Origin: the human T2T-CHM13v2.0 reference genome, Homo sapiens
DNA length: 64,000 nt
Reading direction: 5' to 3' (one strand)
NCBI RefSeq assembly: GCF_009914755.1
Contig: NC_060936.1
Part shown: piece by piece, positions 33,311-45,157 of the stretch
How positions within the stretch are numbered: position 1 is the stretch's first letter
Layout of the letters: each line of letters starts with the position of its first letter
Notes under the pieces: model-generated
Database searches by the model: none
What the model saw: the letters and a program-made list of their open reading frames with translations, nothing else
Told to the model about the DNA's origin: nothing
Position numbers and translations under genes: made by a program

Positions 33311-34870
33311 AACAAGTCTGCCATATGGGTTCTCATAAGTCATGCCCAGAACATGGTCTCTGACACATGGGGTTGGATTGCAATGAAAAGTGATTCTGTG
33401 ATGCACAAGAAGCTCCGAGGAGGCCAGGCAGGTGGAAATGCTAAGTGTAGTAAAATACATGGATAGATGTTTCTGCTGCCCTCCTGTCCCATTCGGAACG
33501 TGATGTCAGTTAAAAGTGGGGGGTGGCGGTGGCCGACCACTTTCCCACCTGGCATGTGAGCAGAGGCCCCACAGTCCCTTCCCTGCAGACCTCCAAACCC
33601 ACCGGCAGCCTTCTGCCCTCAGGAGCAGATTCATCTGAGCAGGCACTTAAAGTTTCAAAGATATGTTAAAGCTGACTGACTGACATGTTTGGCCAAGAAA
33701 ATCTCAAGAATTTGCGACAACTGTTAGCCGTTCTTAGTGCCAGTGAAGAGAAGAAAGTTGTGGCTCATATCCAAGTCATCAGAAGGGTGGTTCATAGGAG
33801 GAGTTGGGACTCGTCAGCTGCCATGCATCCCAGCAAAGTGGGGGCTTGCAAGATTTGTGAGATGCAGAGGTGGTTTTGACCCAGCAGTGAAATGACTGTC
33901 TTACAGACCATTGTGGTTAATACTGATTTCTGTAAAGAATATCCCCTTTAAAGAGCCCTAAATAAAATGCCCTGTGGGTAATTGGAGAGCACTCCTAGTC
34001 TACTTTCCTTTAATTGAGAGGAGTTGTGGGGTTGACAATATTGGTACAAATAACCCTCCCCAAGGCAATTATTCTGGCTTCCAGGTCTCCCAGAGCTGCC
34101 CCCTGGGTTGCGGTCACTCCAGGTTCAGTCCCCTGCCCCCCGCCCACCAGGACTTCAGTGTCTCCCTCCTATCCAAGGGGATGATCCCTAGCTCTCTGTG
34201 CCACTCACAACAGTTGATCCGTGGCAAAGCTTTTGAGGCCAGTCTAACCACCTTTTTTTAAATGTAATGAGGATTGATAACACAAATGGATTATTATTAT
34301 TATTACTACTTAGAATCAATACCTATTGTCATGAAAGTCCTCAAAGGCCTGAAATTGAGAAACTGCCCAGGAGTGGGGAAAAATTTCCTTGAGAAGGCCC
34401 TATTTGAGCTGGGTCACAATGGATGAGAAAGAGTTCACCAGGCTCCAAAGCTAAGGAACAGCATTTTAGCCAGAAGAAATAGCATTTAAAAAGTTCACAC
34501 CAGAGTTGAAGGAAAAGGATAACATTGTATATATAGGTTTTTGTCTCTTCATGGGAGAAATTGCTTTTCCCATCTGTGCATCTGTGATGGTGGGCTTTGA
34601 CCTGCAGCATGGTGAGTGCCGGGAAAGGGAAGGTCTCTGCAATTGGCAGTGATTGTTCGGTTTCACAAGCATCCACGGACTGGGCAGCTTTGAGCATTGT
34701 ATGGGTTATCAGAGTGCTGGCAATACAAAATAATCCAGCAAAGTCCTTTCCTCGTGAAGCTCATCACAGTAGGAAAGGCAGTTACACTTAGACATATACC
34801 ACAACCACAGGAGAGATATTCCAGGCACCTGTATAAAGTATGGGGTCCAGCATTTTAGTTAGAGACCGAC

Positions 34871-35296
34871 TATATTAGTTCTTTCTCACATTGCTATAGA
34901 GAAATACCCCAGACTGTATAATTTATAAAGAAAAGCGGTTTAATGGGCTCACAGTTCTGCAGGCTGTACAGGAAGCATGATGCTGGCATCTGCTGGGTTT
35001 CTGGGGAGGCCTCAGGAAACCTGCAATCATGGCAGAAGGCAAAAGGGGAGCAGGCGTGTCACATGGCCGGAGCAAGAGCAAGAAAGCGAGGGTCAAGGTG
35101 CCACACACTGTTAAATGACCAGATCTCATGAGAACTCAGTCACTAACTCAAGGATGGTACCAAGGGAGATGGTGCTAAACCATTCATGAGAAATCCACCC
35201 TTAGGATCCAGTCACTTCCCACCAGGCCCCACCTCCAACGTTGGGGATTACAATTCAACATGAGATTTGGGCGGGGCACACATCCAAACTATATCA
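34871..35296 (-). mobile_element. MSTA-like (MaLR) solo LTR
   Basis: TATATTAGTT...CACAGTTCTGCAGGCTGTACAGGAAGCATG...GGGATTACAATTCAACATGAGATTTGG...CAAACTATATCA; near-TSD CCGAC/CGGAC. Confidence 0.88.
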
Positions 35297-35694
35297 CGGA
35301 CCCACAAAGAAATTGATGGGATGGGCGGGAATAGACACTTGTGTTAAGTGGGGAATGGTTTGAATGGGGACTCGTTCTGCAAGTGGTCATGTCATTAATC
35401 ATTGTTCTGCATCATTCCCCATGCATCGCTGTCACTCGTGGGGACATGTGGTGAATAGAGGAGGATCACAGGGCCTCCCTGTATTTCTGAATTGTGGCTC
35501 CTTACAGAAATGCAGCCAGGAAGCTCCTGGTTCAGAGTGGCCCCTTGAGATGGAAGTGAAAGCTACTTTTTATTAGGTTCACTGGGGGAAGGAGGGGACA
35601 GCTGAGTTGCCCATTCTGAAGCCCCCTCTCTCCTCGCCAAGTTTGGTCGGCATCGTGACCAGCAGCTCTGACCTGGCCTCCTCTCCCTGCAGGT

Positions 35695-35901
35695 ATGGAG
35701 AGTGCAATCACGCTGTGGCAGTTCCTGTTGCAGTTGCTGCTGGATCAGAAACATGAGCATTTGATCTGCTGGACCTCGAACGATGGTGAATTCAAGCTCC
35801 TCAAAGCAGAAGAAGTGGCCAAGCTGTGGGGACTCCGAAAAAACAAAACAAATATGAACTATGATAAGCTGAGCAGAGCCCTGCGATACTATTATGACAA
35901 G
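35695..35901 (+). CDS. ELK3: ELK3 coding exon 2 (exon starts 35693), aa 1-69, ETS DNA-binding domain N-terminal part
   Basis: Encodes [69 protein letters not shown], a TCF-type ETS domain. Branch-like CTGAC 35668-35672, pyrimidine tract and CAG acceptor (AG 35691-35692), donor AAG|GTAAAC. 207 nt, phase 0. Confidence 0.98.
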
Positions 35902-36376
35902 GTAAACCCTTGACCTTGCATGGGGCCGTCTTGGGGAGGGTGGAATCCCCTCTGCGTAGTTCACTGATGAAAGAAAATAATAGCGTGCTATGAATCAAGT
36001 TAGAAAATAAAATAGGGGCAGTGCATACCTTCTTTTTGGAGAAAAGCTGTGCTGTAGGGATTTTCCCCACCCTCTGGACGCCCTTTGGATATTACTGAGG
36101 GTCACATTTTGTTTCTTCTGCATTTTCGTCTGAGTTTGCTGAAGAACTTTGCTCACAATACAAATGAGATGCAGGCAGGCTCTGGGGCTTTCCTCATGTT
36201 GAATTGCTTGAATGACACAATGCGTGTTAAAATCCGGAAAGTCTGTTTATCCTGTCTGGTTTGTGGTTCAATTAAAGGGACCTTTCCTGGAAGGTGGTAG
36301 CTTTGGCAGATTATTTTTTAACAATTCAGTGCCTCAGTATCCTCGTTTATAAAACAGGAATCAGCATAGGAATAAT

Positions 36377-36607
36377 AATAGGAATAGGAATCCTGTCTCA
36401 GGATTGTGGTGATGACCGACCGAGCCATTACATGTAAGTACTTAGAACGCTGCTAATAGGAGTAGGAATCCTGTCTCAGGATTGTGATGACCAACCGAGC
36501 CATTACGTGTAAGTACTTAGAACACTGCTAATAGGAGTAGGAATCCTGTCTCAGGATTGTGGTGATGACCGACCGAGCCATTACATATAAGTACTTAGAA
36601 CACTGCT
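36377..36607 (+). repeat. Three tandem copies (78/75/78 bp) of a MIR core segment
   Basis: Units 36377-36454, 36455-36529 and 36530-36607, embedded in a MIR (~36325-36620). Confidence 0.92.
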
Positions 36608-37980
36608 TGGTATGTGGTGCTTGCAACTTCATGGGAAACTTCCCTAATTGGAAGAAAAAACATGTTCATTTTTAAGTCATAGAGATGAGGCAGAGTGCCT
36701 TGATAAGTGATAATATAGCGTAGTTGCCAAAACCAGGACAGTTGGAGTGAGTTTTAATGCATTTCTGGAAAAGCAGTTTTAATGTGCTTGCTAGGGCAAA
36801 ATTATTGCTGTTTAGGAGAACCATTTCAGGCCTTAATTGTTAGCCATTTCAGTTTGAATCTGTTGTTGCTGAATATTTAGCCTCTAAGACATAAAGGCAT
36901 AGAGCCATGATAATGGTAAGCTTTTGTTCTGGTTTTATTGTTCATATTAAAAGGTGAATTAAAAACTGATTTAAATATTAGTTCCTGATCTATATTTAGG
37001 GTATGCCGTCTGCCAACCCCTTTGGAATTCAAGACATAAGGATTATACGTTTCAGGAAGTAGAGACATCATTAATTATAAAGTGTTCCTTTATGTGATCG
37101 TAATTGCACGTGATTGTGTCATTGAAATGCTAAAGGTGCTCTCCTTTAACGTAGCAATTAATTAATCCTGACTTACTGCAGAGTCCTACTAAGATATAAA
37201 AGCACTTCTTGCAAATTGCACTGTCTGAAAGCCTCGCAGATGGCTTATTGTTTTGCGTGTTTTCCCAGGTTCTAAATTCTGCAGTGGGAACTGGGGCCGC
37301 TGAAGGAAAACACTCCCGTTGCCTGCTGGCAGAGTGCCTAAAAGCTGGGCTTTGAGACTCAAAAAGCATTTTCATTGTTTTCAATCAAGGTATCAAAAAA
37401 AGAAGTCCTCCCTCTGTGTCTGGGACTTGACTCATCTCTTCCCTGGCCTGGGCCTGGGGGCTTAAGGGTTGTGTCTCTTTAGCATGAAGGGTTGTCCTGG
37501 GCTGGAAATGACTGCTCACAAAATTAGCAAAGCCATTCCTGTTTAGACTATATCTTATCTCCCTTGGGCAGATTTTAAAATCTCTAGAGAGAGCAGTTTC
37601 ATAGCCTTCAGTCAACAAGTATGTTCTGGCACTTTCTGTCAGACGTCTAAGGTGCTGTGCTGAGCACTTCTTCCCCTTGTCTCCTTTAAACTTTACAACA
37701 ACCCCATAGACAGGTGCTGCTGTCATCATCCTCCTTATACACATGAGAACGTGGAGGCTTGGATGAGAAACCTGCCCAGGTGCACACAGCCAGTGAGCAG
37801 CAGAGCCCGGATTTGAACCCAGCTGGTCCACCCAGGTTCCCAGCCAAAAGGCACACACACACCCTGCCTTCTGGGCCATTCATTTCCTTTGCCTTTGAGT
37901 GTCTTGAGTTCCAGGTAGGCAGTCAGGCTGTCCAAAGGGTATTACAACCTAAGAAGTTTTGTTTATTACCAAGAGCCTCA

Positions 37981-38291
<311 letters not shown>

Positions 38292-38556
38292 TCAGTACTG
38301 AAAAATCCCAGCAAACGATGTGTATCAGGTAGAGCCCAAGGTCAGGAGTCCAGGTGGCTGGTGTGGCCTGCCTGCCTGCACTGCCCCTTTCTCTCTTGCC
38401 AGGCAGAGCATGGGGGCTGGCCACATGACCTTTGAGCAGCCCCAGGCATCAAGCTGGAGCTGGCAGTAAGGGCAGGAGCAGCCTCCTATCCTGTTGTATC
38501 ATGTAGACTTTGGCCACCAGAAGAAATTGCTCCATGTCTTTCCTTCTACAGATATA

Positions 38557-38850
38557 CCTGTCCACATGCACACACACACACAAGTATACACATACACACC
38601 TGTCCACATGCACACAGAGATGTCCACATGTGCACACCCATGCCCACACAGATGTCCACATGTCCACACAGATGTCCACATGTGCACACCCATGCCCACA
38701 TGCACACACAGATGTCCACATGCACACACACATATGCCCACATGCACACAGGCACACACACCCACTTGCACATACATATCCACATGCACACGTGGCCACT
38801 GCCATATGCACAGACATGTGCACACGCATACATGTACATGTGCACGCATG
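38557..38850. repeat. Degenerate CA/CATG-rich minisatellite
   Basis: Recurrent GATGTCCACATG(T)GCACAC and CCATGCCCACA units. Confidence 0.85.
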
Positions 38851-39654
38851 GCTGGTTAATTCTTGCTTATAAAATGCTCTCAAGTGATGAGCAAGACGGA
38901 AAGTTAGACTCTTAATACAGTTTAAAAAGAAAAGAAGGAGAGGGGGAGGAAGATAAGAAGAAAAGAGATGGTTGAGGGAAATGGAGGGGAGAGGAAAAAA
39001 AGAGGGGATGGAGAAGGAGGAAGAAGAGGAGGCATGTCAAAAAGAGATGACGAAAACTACACTCTATTTGACATTTTCCGATGACCTCTTTCTTCCTTCC
39101 GTTTTGCCAGTGTCACTCTGTGATGATAGGTGTAAGTTGACTGTGTGCATTGCCCGTCTGTGACCGTTTTCGACTCACAGAAATGGCAGTCTGAAGTGGC
39201 TCGGCCTCTTGCTTGAGAGACAGATTGGAGCAGAGTCTTTGTGGATGCAAAGCCACCTGGGCCACTGCCGTGTGTGCCACCCTGAACTTCAAGCTGCCCT
39301 GAACCGCGTGCGTTTCTCAGTGTCACGTACAGCTCGGCCTGACCGTTTGCCTTTTAGTGTTCTCTTCCTTCTCGGTGTCCTCCTCCTCTTCCTCACTAAC
39401 ATTCATCCAGAGCCTTTCAGTGCAGAAATCAGGTAGCTGCTGAACTCGGCAGCTGCGTCCTTTTTCCCATCATCTCTTCTGTCCTTTGCTAGCTGTCATT
39501 TCTTCCCTCTTGGCTTCAACTGCACATCCCTGGGTTTGTCCTAATAGGGAATTTTTCCCACTTGAGTAGACAAGCATGAGAATATCATTATTTTTATATG
39601 TTATATGTTATATTTTTAGCAGAGAAAAAAGTGGAAAATGTGTGCAAACTTGCA

Positions 39655-39825
39655 GAAGGCCCCCCGGAGGAGGGTCGTCCCTGTGCCCATGCTGTCAGGA
39701 AGGCCCCGGAGGAGGGTCGTCCCTGTGCCCATGCTGTCAGGAAGGCCCCGGAGGAGGGTCGTCCCTGTGCCCATGCGGTCAGAAAGGCCCCGGAGGAGGG
39801 TCATCTCTGTGCCCATGCGGTCAGG
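39655..39825. repeat. 42-bp VNTR-like minisatellite, ~4 copies
   Basis: Unit CCGGAGGAGGGTCGTCCCTGTGCCCATGCTGTCAGGAAGGCC with period 42 (39666, 39708, ...). Confidence 0.95.
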
Positions 39826-39904
39826 TTGGGGCTGAGGCACTTTGATCATTGCTCCTCCTCAGAGTGTTCTTTTCCTCCCCTCTCAGATTATAATAACGAG
39901 GTAG

Positions 39905-40135
39905 TTACAGAGTGAGCTCCAGCCTAGATCGTCTGGGTTTGAATCCAGCTCCATGACTGTGGCCGTGTTGCCTAATCTCTCTGAGTCTCAGCTTCCTTTT
40001 CTGTAAAGTGGGTATAATAGTAGAGTCTACACTGTGGGGCTGTGGTGGGATTCATTGTGTTCACACGTGTGCAGGGCTGAGAACAGGGCCCCAAACAGGG
40101 TAGGCACAATGAAGCATGAGTCAGAATAATAATAC
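39905..40135 (+). mobile_element. MIR
   Basis: CTGGGTTTGAATCCAGCTCC...CTCTGAGTCTCAGCTTCCTTTTCTGTAAAGTGGG. Confidence 0.75.
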
Positions 40136-40307
40136 AGATGACAGTTTCTCTATCACTAATTTGAACATTGCAGACAGTGCAAAGAAGAAAATTAGAAACT
40201 GGGAGGATCACTTGAGCACAGGAGTTCAAGTCCAGCCTGGGCAACGTAGTGAGACCCCTGTCTCTTTTTAAAAAATTTAGCACAATTTATTAAAAAAAAG
40301 AAGAAGA

Positions 40308-40622
<315 letters not shown>

Positions 40623-41414
40623 TCAAAACCTTTGTTGCTACGTTGCTGCTCAGGCACATGGAGATAGGGAAACGCCGGATCTGAGTATTATGGCCCTTTT
40701 CACTTAGGACCTATCAGGAGCACTTTGTCGTGCTTTTTAATGACTGAAGACAGATGACAACAGTTTCTTTCCTCAGTTGCTTATTTTCATATATTTAATC
40801 TGTTCTGAAAATTCAGCTGTGAAGATGCTTTCTTATTTAAATGACTCTCCCTCACCGCTCTGAATCAAAGCTCTGGCACTTCTCTGAGCACCTGCAGTTG
40901 GAGCCAGTCTCCACCTTCTGGACTGTCTTAGTGACTGGTGGGAGCTTTGTATCCAGAGCCCTCGAGGTTAAGAGTCCAGCTGTCCCTCAACCTCAGAGTC
41001 TCAGTTCACCCATTGGAAAGTGGTGATGGGAACAGCACCCTTCCTTGTCGGACTGTGTGAGGATGGAAAGAGAAGATAAGATGACGCGGATAAGGTGCTT
41101 AGCACAGTGTCAGGCACCTACTCAGTGAAGGCTCATCATTCCAGTTATGTGTATTTATAAAACTGACTGTATTATGTCGTAGCTGTCTGTATATAGCTGA
41201 CTTCATCGTGGCCTTCTGGATGCACCACTTTTGTCGCTCTGGTACCTCGGACAGGGTCTGGCATGTATTAGTTGCTTAGTAAATGCTAGACGAGTGAACA
41301 AATGGATAAAACACTGATGTGTCCACTACTCAAGTGCACACCATTTATGTCATGAAAGTTGATATTAATGAGTGATAAACTAAAAAATAAAAGTAGTCAC
41401 TGCTTTTTGTTTAT

Positions 41415-42184
<770 letters not shown>

Positions 42185-42194
42185 CCTCCATATA

Positions 42195-42535
42195 CAGTCA
42201 TGTACCACATAATGTTCTGGTCCACAGTGGGCCACGTATATAACAGCGGTCCCATAAGACTATAATTCCATATTTTTACTGTACCTTTTGTACGTTTAGA
42301 TACGTTGAGATACATACATACTTACTATTATATTGCAGTTGCCTACATACAGTATTCAGTACAGTAACGTGCTGTACAGGTTTGTAGCCTGAGAGCATAT
42401 AGCATAGCCTTGGTGTGTGATAGGCTAGACCCTCCAGGTTTGTGCAAGTACATGCTATGATGCTCGCACAACAACGAAATTCCCCAGCGACACATTTCTC
42501 AGAACGTAGCCTCATCGTTAAGTGATGCATGACTG
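42195..42535. mobile_element. Tigger3a/MER7A MITE, full length
   Basis: TIRs CAGTCATG.../...CATGACTG with TA target duplication on both sides (42193-42194, 42536-42537). Confidence 0.88.
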
Positions 42536-43668
42536 TATTTCAGACACTGCTGGGCTTTTTGTTTAGATTTTTAAAATTATACTTAAAAGGAGAGTGTTGG
42601 TTTCCCTCTATAAGTGATGGTTCGATTCAGCAAATCCTAAAAGGAAACTGCTCCCCATGACAGGCACAGCACCTAGATTCTGCAGCAGGTATAAACACTA
42701 GACTCCGTGACAGGTGTGACACTAGAATCAAAGACACATCGCTGAGCCAAGTCCCCAGGGTGGAGACAGGTCCACCCAAGAGGAGTCCTGCCTTGGAGGG
42801 ATTCAGAGTTGCTGGGAATTGAGCAGCTCCCTGGTCTCGAAGTGCACATGATTTTAATAGATGACTTAAATGGGAAGAAAAGGCGACCCTGGGGGCGCCA
42901 ATCCCGGATTGGCAGTGCTGGGATCGGAGGCTCTGATCACTGTGCTCAGAGGCTCCTTCCTGCATCTACAGTTGTGCGGAGTGCACGTGACGCAGGTGTG
43001 GGGAAAGTCTGGAGGGCCAGGGTTCCGCATCCGAGCTCCACCAGGGAACTGCTTTCCCCAGTTAAGCTTTTGTAGAGGCTGCGGGGCAAACCCAATTATA
43101 ATTCCAAGAAAGGAGTGATGCCCCATCCAGGGAGCGGCATGTTTTGCAACCCGGGTATGGATGAAAGGCCCCTGTTGATTTGAGAAACACACAGGTCATG
43201 GGAGGTGCCTGTGGCTGAGCCCGTGAGGGGCAGAAACCAGAGTCCGTAGAGGCCTAAACAGGACATTTAACTGAGGCCTGGGCATTTTACACTTCCTCTC
43301 TGTCAAACAGCTTTTTCCCTTGGTCTTGTTTTAAGCCCTAGGAGATAGGTTTGTTACTGTAGTTCTGATGGTGTGAATTTTTGGATAAGTTTTTTTTTCC
43401 TTAGGTTTAAACTGAGTCTTCCAGAAGGTAGTTTTATAACCTGATGTAACAGTAAGGATCTTTTTCAGAGATTTTATTTATTAACAAGCTAACAAGTCTT
43501 TCACTCCTTAACATCAGACAGATGGACCCTTCATCTTAGAGTAGAGAAGAGCGGGGCCCATGCCCAGAGCATTTCTGTCACTGGCCCTGACAACTGCCAG
43601 GCACCTTATGGGTCAAGCCTGAGGGGCAGGAATTCCTGCTGGGATTCACAGCATTCACCACTTCTTGA

Positions 43669-43989
<321 letters not shown>

Positions 43990-44463
43990 TGACACGGCCT
44001 CTTCTTTCACCTCTGCCTTTTCCTCAGCCATCCAGCCATCCCTTTGGAAACATACCTCCTTCCTCCTGAGGGGCTCAGCAGCTGGTTGGGGAGACAGACA
44101 TGAAACCAATTTTAGTAGAGAACCCCGTGTAAAGTGCTGGCATGGCCAATGCTGGGGTCTTCTGGGAGAGCAGGGAGGGATGTAGAGGCAGAGGGAAGGC
44201 CTCCGGAGGTCAAGACACTTGATCTGGATCTTAAGGAATGAGAATGAGTTTACCCGGCTGAAAAAAGTTAGAAGGGATATACCAAGAAGGGAACAGTGTG
44301 AGTAAAGGCAGGGACATGTGGATGAGTTTGACCTTTCAAGCACAGAGTATCTTGGGAGTGAGGGCAAGATGTGGTTGGAAAAGTGAGTGGGGAATGGAGT
44401 GTGGAGTATATCATGCTAAAGGGTTGGAACTCTGTGGTGAGAGCCAATGAAAAGTTAAAAGCT

Positions 44464-45157
<694 letters not shown>

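Noticed and set aside
35563-35964. 133-aa minus-strand ORF across exon 2
   Set aside because: GTG start and shadow of the coding exon; no homology recognised.
36377-36607. CRISPR-like array
   Set aside because: Head-to-tail repeats with no unique spacers, MIR-derived, eukaryotic context and no cas genes.
38449-38915. His/Cys/Thr-rich ORFs resembling metal-binding proteins
   Set aside because: Translation of a CA/TG simple repeat.
42883-42900. Second CTCF-like motif GCGACCCTGGGGGCGCCA
   Set aside because: Only the 3' half matches the consensus; too weak to call.
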